Assembly: GCA_949298635.1 (NCBI GenBank)
Contig: CASFXG010000003.1
Span: forward strand, 5,291 to 69,290
Length of the DNA stretch: 64,000 nucleotides
Source of the DNA: an uncultured Coriobacteriaceae bacterium
Lineage (GTDB): Bacteria > Actinomycetota > Coriobacteriia > Coriobacteriales > Coriobacteriaceae
Reading direction: 5' to 3'
A program made the translations under genes and the position numbers. Below, piece after piece: positions 40,269 to 48,314 of the stretch. The notes beneath the pieces were generated by a model. The model had not been told where the DNA came from and ran no database searches. It saw only the letters and a list, made by a program, of their open reading frames with translations. The number at the start of each line of letters is the position of its first letter. The first letter of the stretch is position 1.

Positions 40269-40378
40269 GGGTGGGACTTTTGCACCGGGTCTAAAAGTCC
40301 CACTCCTTGCGGCCGGCCAAACGAAGGCGCCAGGCCAGCGGGGTGGGACTTTTAGACCCGGTGCAAAAGTCCCACCCC
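40269..40378. repeat. Inverted pair of REP-like palindromes, family C (REPIN-like)
   Basis: GTGGGACTTTTGCACCGGGTCTAAAAGTCCCAC and its reverse complement about 40 bp apart; third degenerate copy at 61265-61297. Confidence 0.85.
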
Positions 40379-40388
40379 GTTGTGAGTG

Positions 40389-42860
40389 TTAGCCGCGCAC
40401 CTCGCCGCCCACGGCCTTCGTGACCTTGGTGACGAGCTTACCGTGTACGCGCTCGACCTCGTCCGAGGTGAGCGTGTGGTCATCCGCGCGATAGGTCAGC
40501 GCGAACGCCATGGACTTCTTGCCCGCGCCCACGCGCGCCTCGTCGCGATACACGTCGAAGAGGCGCACGTCGCGCAGGAGCTTGCCTCCGGCAGAACGCA
40601 GACGACGCTCGAGGTCTTCGCAGGTAACGCTCTCATCGACCACGATAGCGAGGTCGACGTCGACCGACGGGAACATCGAGAAGTCCTGGTACGCCTGCTG
40701 GTCGCGGGCGCACTTCATAAGCGCATCGAGGGAGAGTTCGAACGCCACCACCGGCAGGTCGATATCGTAGGAATCGCGCACGTTGGGATGGATTTCGCCC
40801 ACCCAACCAAGCTCCACGCCGCCGGCAAGCACCTCAGCGCCGCGGCCGGGCTGCAGGAACGCATAGCCCTCGCCCTCGGCAGGACGGAAGCGCACCTTCT
40901 CGACGCGCAGCTGCGAGAGCAGCTCTTCCACGATGCCCTTGCCGTCGAAGAAGCGCAGCGGCTGGTACTTCTGGCTCCAAGTCACATCGCCCCAAGCGCC
41001 GGAAAGCACGCCGGCGATTGAGCGACGCTCCTTGGGCAGGCTTGCGTTTTCGCGACCACAGAAGAGCGTGCCCATCTCGTACAGGTGGACGTTCGCCGTG
41101 CCGTGCGCGCCGTTATAGGCCACAGACTGCAACAGCCCGGGCAGAAGCGAGCGACGCATCTCGGTCTGTTCGGCGACGAGCGGGTTCATAAGCACCACGG
41201 GCAGGCCGCGGCCTTCGGCGCTCATCTGCGTCTTCTCAAGGTCGCCGGGGGCGGCGAAGGAATACGTCGTGGTCTCGTTCAGGCCGCAGGAGCGCATAAT
41301 GGCGCCGATGCGGCGAAGCAGCCGCTGGTCGTGCGTAAGCCCGCCGATGTGGTTCTTCGCGGCGGGAATCGTCGCCTCGACGCGACCCATGCCCCACAGG
41401 CGCAGCACTTCCTCGATGAGGTCGATCTCGCGCTCGAGGTCGGGGCGGAACGTGGGCGGTACCACACGGAAGACGGGCTCGCCGTCGGACGCTGCGCGCT
41501 CAACGGTGCAGCCCAGACGCACAAGCGAGCGCTCCACGAACTCCGGCTCGATCGCCGCGCCGCAGATGAGCTCCACGCGGCTTTGGCGCAGCGTGAGCTC
41601 TTCGCGCTCAACGGGTGCCGGGTACACGTCGATCGCACCGGAAACCACGGTCGCGCCGCAGCACTCCTCGAAGAGCGCCGCCGCGATGGCCGAAACCTGG
41701 TCGCAGCGCGTGCGATCCACCTGGCGCTCGTAGCGGATGGACGCCTCGGAGATAAGCGCGAGGTCGCGGCTCGTGCGCGAGATGTGGCTCGAGTCGAAAC
41801 ACGCCGCTTCGAGCAGCACGTCGTGCGTGGTCTCGTCGATCTCGGAATCGAAGCTGCCCATCACGCCGGCGAGGCATACCGGGCGCGCGCCGTCGTCAGT
41901 GATGACGCACATGTCATGCGTGAGCTCGCGCTCCTGCTCGTCGAGGGTCACGATCTTCTCGCCATCGTGCGCGGCGCGCACCACCACGTGCCGGCGGCCG
42001 TCGCGCTCGGTGAGCTTACCCAGGTCGAAGGCATGGAGCGGCTGGCCGGTGAGCATCATGACGTAGTTCGTGACGTCCACGACGTTGTTGATGGGGCGCA
42101 TGCCCGCCGCCGTGACGCGCTCGGCAAGCCACTCAGGCGAAGGGCCGATCTTCACGCCGCGCACCACGCGCGCGGTATAGCGGCTGCAAAGCTCGGGGTC
42201 GTCGATGCGCACGTCGACAAGGTCATCCACATGCACCGAGGTGTCCTCGTGCTTGATGGCGGGCAGCTCGATGTGCGTGTCGCGATCGAAGATCGCACCC
42301 ACCTCACGCGCGATGCCCACCATGGAAAGGCAGTCCGGGCGGTTCGGCGTGATCTCGCAGTCGAGCACAGTGTCGGACGAGCCATGATACTCGGCGAACG
42401 GCACGCCCACAGGCGCGTCCTTCGGCAGAATCATGATGCCGGAATGGTCGCCCGAAAGCCCCAGCTCACGAGCAGAGCAGTTCATGCCGCAACTCACCTG
42501 CCCGCGGAGCTTGCTCTTCTTGATCGTAATGCCACCGGGCAGCTCCGCGCCCACGAGTGCCGTGACGATGTGGTCGCCCTGCTCGAAGTTCTGCGCGCCG
42601 CACACGATCTGAAGCGGCTCGGGCTCGCCGTCCTCGCCCAGGTTGAAGCGACCCACGTCCACCCGGCACACCCACATGTGGTCGGAATCCGGATGTGGCT
42701 CCTTCGAAACCACCTGCGCCGTGACCACGTTCTCGAACGCCTCGCCCACGGTGTCGACCGACTCGACCTCCGTGCCGGTGCGAATGAACTCCGCCGCAAG
42801 CTCCTCCGGCGATTCCGGCACATCTACCAGCGTCTTCAGCCAGTTATAAGATACTTTCAT
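40389..42860 (-). CDS. pheT: Phenylalanine-tRNA ligase beta subunit
   Basis: QIVCGAQN, SCGMNCS, ITPNRPDCLS, INNVVDVTNY, PTFRPDLEREIDLIEEV, FDX-ACB C-terminus. Confidence 0.98.
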   Translation of the reverse strand: MKVSYNWLKTLVDVPESPEELAAEFIRTGTEVESVDTVGEAFENVVTAQVVSKEPHPDSDHMWVCRVDVGRFNLGEDGEPEPLQIVCGAQNFEQGDHIVTALVGAELPGGITIKKSKLRGQVSCGMNCSARELGLSGDHSGIMILPKDAPVGVPFAEYHGSSDTVLDCEITPNRPDCLSMVGIAREVGAIFDRDTHIELPAIKHEDTSVHVDDLVDVRIDDPELCSRYTARVVRGVKIGPSPEWLAERVTAAGMRPINNVVDVTNYVMMLTGQPLHAFDLGKLTERDGRRHVVVRAAHDGEKIVTLDEQERELTHDMCVITDDGARPVCLAGVMGSFDSEIDETTHDVLLEAACFDSSHISRTSRDLALISEASIRYERQVDRTRCDQVSAIAAALFEECCGATVVSGAIDVYPAPVEREELTLRQSRVELICGAAIEPEFVERSLVRLGCTVERAASDGEPVFRVVPPTFRPDLEREIDLIEEVLRLWGMGRVEATIPAAKNHIGGLTHDQRLLRRIGAIMRSCGLNETTTYSFAAPGDLEKTQMSAEGRGLPVVLMNPLVAEQTEMRRSLLPGLLQSVAYNGAHGTANVHLYEMGTLFCGRENASLPKERRSIAGVLSGAWGDVTWSQKYQPLRFFDGKGIVEELLSQLRVEKVRFRPAEGEGYAFLQPGRGAEVLAGGVELGWVGEIHPNVRDSYDIDLPVVAFELSLDALMKCARDQQAYQDFSMFPSVDVDLAIVVDESVTCEDLERRLRSAGGKLLRDVRLFDVYRDEARVGAGKKSMAFALTYRADDHTLTSDEVERVHGKLVTKVTKAVGGEVRG

Positions 42861-42878
42861 CTCTTCGTCCTTCTCGAT

Positions 42879-42909
42879 ATGTCAAATTACCCCAGGGGTT
42901 TTTCTACAT
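42879..42909 (+). repeat. REP-like family A copy between pheS and pheT
   Basis: ATGTCAAATTACCCCAGGGGTTTTTCTACAT; followed by another hairpin at ~42939-43025. Confidence 0.85.
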
Positions 42910-43038
42910 GCTCTTAAATCTACGACGGGGACGGCTTTCTCAAGTGCCCGAGATTGGCGTGAAAGAGGAGGAAGCTGGCCTAAGGGCCGCGACCGACGAT
43001 TGAACGCCAAGGTCGGGTGCTTGAGGAAGCCACCGGGA

Positions 43039-44115
43039 CTAGAACTGATTTAAGAAGCGCATATCTCCCGTCATAAGCGTCCGCAGGTCGGGCAGGTCGT
43101 AGCGAAGCGCCGCAACGCGCTCCACGCCAATGCCGAACGCGAAACCTGTGTAGCGCTCCGGATCGACGCCGCAGTTCACGAGCACGTTGGGGTCGATCAT
43201 GCCGCAACCCAAGATCTCAATCCAGCCGCTGTGCTTGCAGAAGCTGCAACCCTTGCCGCCACATACGTGGCACGAAACGTCGAGCTCGCAGCTGGGCTCG
43301 GTGAAGGGGAAGAAGTGCGGGCGGTAACGCGTCTTGCGATCCGGGCCGAACATGGCCTTTGCGAAGTAGTCGAGCGTGCCCTTGAGGTCGCCGAACGTGA
43401 TGCCTTCGTCCACGACCAAGCCTTCGACCTGGTTGAACTGCGGCAGATGGCAGGCGTCGGCCGTGTCGGGACGATAAACCGTGCCCGGGACGATGGCATA
43501 GATGGGCGGCTTCTGGTGCTCCATGATGTGAATCTGCACACCCGAGGTCTGCGTGCGCAGCAGCACGTCGCTCTCGCCATGGGCATGCTCCTCCGGGTGC
43601 GGCACGCTGCCCGGGGCGTTGTCCACCACGTAGAACGTGTCGCGCGCGGAGCGGCTGGGATGATCCATGGGGGCGTTCAGCGCCGTGAAGTTGTACCAGG
43701 AGGTCTCGACCTCGGGGCCAGATTCCACGGTATAACCGATACCGCAGAACACGTCCTCGATCTCTTCCTTGATCTGGTTGATGAGATGCGCATGGCCGAT
43801 CGTGGGGCGCGCGCCGGGCAGCGTCACGTCGACGGCCTCGGTGGCCATGAGGTTCGCCATGGCCTCGCGCTTGAGGTCGCCCTGAACGCGCTCGATGAGC
43901 CCTTCCGCCATGCGACGCAGCTCGTTCGCACGCTTGCCGAGCACCGGGCGCTCCTCGGGCGCGACCTTGCCCATCATGTGCATGACCTGTGTGATCTCGC
44001 CCTTCTTGCCGAGCAGCGCAACGCGTGCCGCTTCGAGCTTCTCGCTGTCGGTCGCGGAGGCGATCAGCTCCTTAGCGTGCGCCTCAAGCGCATCGAGCTC
44101 TTCGACCAATCCCAT
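43039..44115 (-). CDS. pheS: Phenylalanine-tRNA ligase alpha subunit
   Basis: NFTALN, HPSR..DTFY, LLRTQTS, FNQVEGL, FFPFTEPS, GFAFGIGVER. Confidence 0.98.
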   Translation of the reverse strand: MGLVEELDALEAHAKELIASATDSEKLEAARVALLGKKGEITQVMHMMGKVAPEERPVLGKRANELRRMAEGLIERVQGDLKREAMANLMATEAVDVTLPGARPTIGHAHLINQIKEEIEDVFCGIGYTVESGPEVETSWYNFTALNAPMDHPSRSARDTFYVVDNAPGSVPHPEEHAHGESDVLLRTQTSGVQIHIMEHQKPPIYAIVPGTVYRPDTADACHLPQFNQVEGLVVDEGITFGDLKGTLDYFAKAMFGPDRKTRYRPHFFPFTEPSCELDVSCHVCGGKGCSFCKHSGWIEILGCGMIDPNVLVNCGVDPERYTGFAFGIGVERVAALRYDLPDLRTLMTGDMRFLNQF

Positions 44116-44183
44116 ATGCTTCCCTTTCTTCGCCGCGCCGAACGCCGAACGCCCGGCGATTGTTACTGTGTCCATGTCCCAAA

Positions 44184-44218
44184 GTGATAATTTCAGTACC
44201 AGGTACTGAAATTATCAC
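44184..44218. repeat. Perfect 17-bp inverted repeat (family D)
   Basis: GTGATAATTTCAGTACC-A-GGTACTGAAATTATCAC. Confidence 0.85.
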
Positions 44219-44231
44219 CGCCGGACGCTGT

Positions 44232-44530
44232 CCCAAAAAACGAAAAGCCGCCCTCGGGACGAACCCAAGGACGGCATAGTTACCGCGGTACCACCTTGAT
44301 TGACTGCCGGATGTCTGCCCGGCATGCCCTCTTTTGCCCGCTCTCGTTTGGGCACACGGCTTCCCTACTCAGCTGCGCGTGCCGCCGAAAAACCCGGTAG
44401 GCGCGCTGCCGTTCAAGTCGCTGCTCGGGAGTGAACGCTGCGTCCTTGTCCCCGCAGGAAGGCTTTCAGCCGGTGACCCTCCCTCTCTATGCGGCGACGC
44501 GGCGGGCGCAACCCTCTCCGTCAACGCGTT
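44232..44530 (-). promoter_or_regulatory. Phe T-box riboswitch with terminator
   Basis: Minus strand: stem I with AGAGA and GCTGAAA motifs, UUC specifier (GCGTTCACTCC), T-box AAGGTGGTACCGCG, terminator GCCGTCC...GGGCGGCTTTTCGTTTTTT. Confidence 0.92.
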
Positions 44531-44598
44531 GGTCGACATGATAGCACAGGTCGAAGGGAAGATGGTGCACGTCTTCGCCCTGCGTCATCCACATCGCC

Positions 44599-45045
44599 CT
44601 ACGCGTCCTGCGACGGCTCTTCTTCCGGTGAGGGGACGTGCATCTCGTGAATGCAGCCCACGCCCTCGCGCTCGCACAGCGCATTCAGGCGTTTGTCGAG
44701 CGTGAGCAGCGTCGCCGCGTTTCGTCGCGCAAGCACGAAGTAAAACATGTCGTAGATGGAGTGATTGAGGCGAAGAGATTCGAAGAACGCCTCTTCATAT
44801 AGGCCCTCCATCTCAACGAAGGTATCGGGAACCGAAACGACCGCGTCCACAAACCGTCCCGCTGTTTCCTGGTCGTACACGCCAGCCTTCACATACTTAG
44901 CCATGGTGCTCCCCGCTTCGGCATAGAGCAACGTGGGCGCAAGCACCTCCCGTGGACCTTCCGCTAACGCATATCTACAGGGCAGGGCTTCGTCGAGGTG
45001 CCGCGCCATACCGATTCCCGCGCTGCAGTCCAAAACGAACTTCAT
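44599..45045 (-). CDS. VapC/PIN-domain toxin
   Basis: FVLDCSA, APTLLYAE, HSIYDMFYFVLA, LLTLDKRL; 4-bp overlap with the antitoxin. Confidence 0.9.
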   Translation of the reverse strand: MKFVLDCSAGIGMARHLDEALPCRYALAEGPREVLAPTLLYAEAGSTMAKYVKAGVYDQETAGRFVDAVVSVPDTFVEMEGLYEEAFFESLRLNHSIYDMFYFVLARRNAATLLTLDKRLNALCEREGVGCIHEMHVPSPEEEPSQDA

Positions 45046-45398
45046 CGAGAATCCCTGTCCTCTCTAATCAACTCAGCGACGCTCGGGAAGCCCTCGGGAT
45101 CTTTGGCAATCGGAAGTGCATCGATCCGTGCAAACACCTCGCGCCGGCGCTCGAGCCGCGCTTGAGCCGCCGCCCGGCTCCGTTGCCAGTCGCGATACCC
45201 TGGCTCCCACGGCTTGGGGACGGGAGGAATTCCCGCATCGACCACTGCTTGCACCTCCTTTTCGCGCTTGCGGCGCGCCAGGTAGTCCTCAATTGCAACG
45301 AGCGCCTGCTGCGCGATGCTGCGGTGTTCCTCTTCCGCGCACGTTTTTAAGTCTTCATATACCTGCGGCGGAAGATCGCGCACTTGTAACGCTGGCAT
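45042..45398 (-). CDS. FitA/Arc-like RHH antitoxin
   Basis: MPALQVRDLPPQVYEDLKTCAEEEHRSIAQQ...AELIREDRD; GCATGC repeats at 45412-45428 may be its operator. Confidence 0.85.
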   Translation of the reverse strand: MPALQVRDLPPQVYEDLKTCAEEEHRSIAQQALVAIEDYLARRKREKEVQAVVDAGIPPVPKPWEPGYRDWQRSRAAAQARLERRREVFARIDALPIAKDPEGFPSVAELIREDRDSR

Positions 45399-45588
45399 GT
45401 TGGCCTCCTTCGCATGCGTTTTGCATGCGTATAGCATAACAGCGTCAACAGCTGTATGCAAGAGAGGTAGTTTTCGCAGCTAGATGGGGAAAGTCGAAAC
45501 TTGCAAAAATAGTCGAAACTTGCAAAAGGCGCCCGGTTGAGCACCGCGCGCCTTCTGAGTCATTGAGTCGGGTTCATTTGACGCAAAA

Positions 45589-45621
45589 GGGATTGGCTGG
45601 AACACGTCCCCGACCAACCCC
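45589..45621. repeat. REP-like family E (GGGTTGG...GTCCCC..CCAACCC)
   Basis: GGGATTGGCTGGAACACGTCCCCGACCAACCCC; related clusters at 46732-46846 and 48190-48310. Confidence 0.75.
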
Positions 45622-45636
45622 TCAGCTCGCTTGGCG

Positions 45637-46152
45637 CTACTTCGCCGTGCGCAGTCTGTACCCGTGCACCAAATCGCTTACCGCGCTCCAGGGAATCTGG
45701 CGATCCACCCAGAACATGAGCTGGACAAGGTACCGCTCGAGGCCGCGGGCCAGGTCGCGGAACATCGCGAGGTCGCAAACGTCGCCGAAACACTCCCCCG
45801 CGCGGGCGAGGATCGCCACGGCATCGTCCATCTTTGCCGTCGTGTCGAACTGGCCGGAGTACCAAACGCACAGGCGCTGCATGCTCCGCGCGAGCGTCGC
45901 CGTGTCGCCCGGCTCCTCGCCGCGCTCGGCGGCCTCAGCCTGAGCGCGCAGCACGCAGATCTGATCGGAGAAGTTCATACAGTACCCCATGACGTATTCC
46001 CACACCGCGAACTCGCGACCGGTCTCGAGCTTTCGCGCGCACAGGCGCTCGATGTCCTGGGGCTCGTTGCAAACCATATCGTCCGCGAGGTCGCGCAGCG
46101 CCGCAGCCAGCTCGCTCGCCGTCAAGCTCGAAAGACGCTCAATCGTTGCCAT
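45637..46152 (-). CDS. Hypothetical helical protein, cucumopine-synthase C-terminal-bundle-like
   Basis: All-alpha pattern, EPQDI near the N-terminus, YLVQLMFWVDRQIPW near the C-terminus; 3 bp downstream of the DUF3830 gene. Confidence 0.5.
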   Translation of the reverse strand: MATIERLSSLTASELAAALRDLADDMVCNEPQDIERLCARKLETGREFAVWEYVMGYCMNFSDQICVLRAQAEAAERGEEPGDTATLARSMQRLCVWYSGQFDTTAKMDDAVAILARAGECFGDVCDLAMFRDLARGLERYLVQLMFWVDRQIPWSAVSDLVHGYRLRTAK

Positions 46153-46155
46153 GGC

Positions 46156-46575
46156 TCACGCCTCCTCATCCTCGACGTCGACGATCTCGTTGCGTATGAG
46201 CGCACCTTGATCGTCCCACACGGCGCGGCACGCAGCGGCGAAGCGCTCGCGATCGCCCTCGCAGATGCGCGCAAACATGTTGCAGGTGCCATACGGCTCG
46301 CAAATGTCGAAGAAGATGCAGATGGACGACCACGCGCCATACCACACAACGGCTCCTGCAGGCTCCTCGAACTTGGGATTCTCCATAAGGTCGAGGTCGG
46401 CAATCTCGCCGGGCACCGGGTACGTGACCTCGGCGTCGCAGATCTTCGCCGAGAAGATGCGCGACTCGAACGGGCACGCGGCAATGAACGCCTCGCACGT
46501 GCGCGGCGCCTCCTGCCAGAGCAGATCGGCGAGATATGTCTCGCCACCAAGGGTAATTTTGAGCTGTTGTGCCAT
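46156..46575 (-). CDS. DUF3830 cyclophilin-like fold protein
   Basis: ADLLWQEAPRTCEAF...PF...ENP...GAVVW...NMFARI...VWDDQG. Confidence 0.75.
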   Translation of the reverse strand: MAQQLKITLGGETYLADLLWQEAPRTCEAFIAACPFESRIFSAKICDAEVTYPVPGEIADLDLMENPKFEEPAGAVVWYGAWSSICIFFDICEPYGTCNMFARICEGDRERFAAACRAVWDDQGALIRNEIVDVEDEEA

Positions 46576-46731
46576 GGAAGCCTCCTTGATCCGTCGCTCA
46601 AAGGGCTCGCTGGCGGATAAGGAGCAAACGGTGCACGGGGTCGCCGAGCCCCAACTTCACGCCGGTCGAAAACCGTCGCCCCAGCCCGTGCTGTCCGTTT
46701 GGCTCCTTCATCTTACCACCGGCACGGTCGA

Positions 46732-46846
46732 TGGGTTAGCTGGGGTTGGGTTCGTTTCAACCTATTTTGCCAATGGGGGCTGCCAATGGGGACGGGGGAT
46801 ATTGGCAGGGCCCGTTCCCAACCACTTTAACCCCGACTCCAATAAC
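46732..46846. repeat. REP-like family E cluster
   Basis: GGGTTCGTTTCAACC and GGGGACGGGGGATATTGGC motifs, shared with 48190-48310. Confidence 0.7.
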
Positions 46847-48121
46847 TCACTTTCCGGCAAGCTCCAGCACATAGCGCCATGCGGGAACCACTCGAATGAC
46901 AATCCCGCCGGTCTCTATATCTTCCGTCTCGTTCTTGGTAACAATGACAAATGATGTAACCGAAGCATCGACCTGATGCAATTTCACGAGGTTCCCGACC
47001 TCACGTGTGTGCGCATTCCCTTCGATTGAGTACGCCACCTGCACCGCTGCTCCCGCATCGGGGACATAGAAGTCTATATCGATGCCGTGCTTGGGCGACT
47101 TGAGGTAGTGCAGGCCCTCTCCATAGGCATCCCGCAGTGCAATGGCAACCTGGTTCTCAAGCAATGCGGTATCCCTGTTGTATAGGAAGAGGTTCAAAAG
47201 CCCATTATCTGAGAAGTAGTATTTTGGATTGCTTTCTTGATCAACGAACTTGCTCACCGCATTGCTGAGCGAAAACAGCAGGTATGCATCGTGCGCGTAA
47301 CCTAGATACGAGATAACCGTTTCCTTTGCGATAGAAAAACCAACGCTCTTAAGCGTGTTGTAAAGCGAGCTGTAACTTATATCGCTACGAACGGTCTCTG
47401 CCACCTTCTTCATGAGCACGCGCAGGGCTGCGGGATTCCGCACGTTATTACGAGCAGCGATGTCGCCAAGAAGAACCTTCTGATAGACATTCTCAACATA
47501 CTCACGAGGCTGCTCGAATCTAATGGCCTCGGGGAAACCTCCAAAGCGATAATAACGATCGAACAGGCGCATGATAGCGCCCGCCTCGCGCGTCGTATAC
47601 AGTGCGCGCATATCATGAGCCTGGCCACGAGCATCGAGATACTCATCGAAGCGATATGTGCCGACCTGACGAACAAGATAGCGCCCACCCAACGTCGATG
47701 CCATCTGGCTGCTTAACATGGTCGCGTTGCTGCCGGTGATGTACACGCGCTCGCCCGCGTCTGCCATACGGCGAGCGAACTTCTCCCAACCCGGAACATT
47801 TTGAATCTCATCAAAGAAGTAGTAACCGCGCTCATCGCTGAGCTCGCTTTGCACCTGCACGATATCCTGAAAATCTGCGAGCGAAAACTCCGCCAAACGC
47901 TCATCTTCGAAGTTCAGGTAGATGATGCGCTCCCACGCGACACCCTGCTCGACAAGATCGCGAGCAATCGAGTAGAGCAGCGTAGACTTACCCGCACGCC
48001 TCAAACCGGTGATGATGTAATTGCCCTGCGGGTCAAGATGATAGCGACGTGGAACGATCTTCGCATGGCGAATAACTTCGTGCTGATCGAAGATAACCTG
48101 TTTGAGCACTTCTCGGTTCAT
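46847..48121 (-). CDS. AAA_14 ATPase with DUF4143 C-terminus
   Basis: GLRRAGKST, YLNFEDERL, FFDEIQ, ITGSNA, GGFPE, KYYFSDNGL, LENQV, IDF. Confidence 0.9.
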   Translation of the reverse strand: MNREVLKQVIFDQHEVIRHAKIVPRRYHLDPQGNYIITGLRRAGKSTLLYSIARDLVEQGVAWERIIYLNFEDERLAEFSLADFQDIVQVQSELSDERGYYFFDEIQNVPGWEKFARRMADAGERVYITGSNATMLSSQMASTLGGRYLVRQVGTYRFDEYLDARGQAHDMRALYTTREAGAIMRLFDRYYRFGGFPEAIRFEQPREYVENVYQKVLLGDIAARNNVRNPAALRVLMKKVAETVRSDISYSSLYNTLKSVGFSIAKETVISYLGYAHDAYLLFSLSNAVSKFVDQESNPKYYFSDNGLLNLFLYNRDTALLENQVAIALRDAYGEGLHYLKSPKHGIDIDFYVPDAGAAVQVAYSIEGNAHTREVGNLVKLHQVDASVTSFVIVTKNETEDIETGGIVIRVVPAWRYVLELAGK

Positions 48122-48189
48122 TGTCGCCTCCATGTGTCGAGTATACTGAACAGTATACTCAAATTATTGTCGAATATACTCGACATGGA

Positions 48190-48310
48190 GGGGTTGGTTG
48201 GGGACGGGTTCGTTTCAACCCATTAAAAAGGGGTTGGCTGGAACACGTCCCCAACCAACCCCGGTTCGTTTCAACCCCTGAACCAGCCAATAACCCCCGT
48301 CCCTAATGGC
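48190..48310. repeat. REP-like family E cluster
   Basis: GGGTTGGTTGGGGACG...CGTCCCCAACCAACCC inverted pair, GGTTCGTTTCAACCC x2, GCCAATAACCCCCGTCCCC. Confidence 0.8.
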
Positions 48311-48314
48311 TGGT

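Noticed and set aside
41085-42917. 610-aa plus-strand ORF
   Set aside because: Antisense to pheT.
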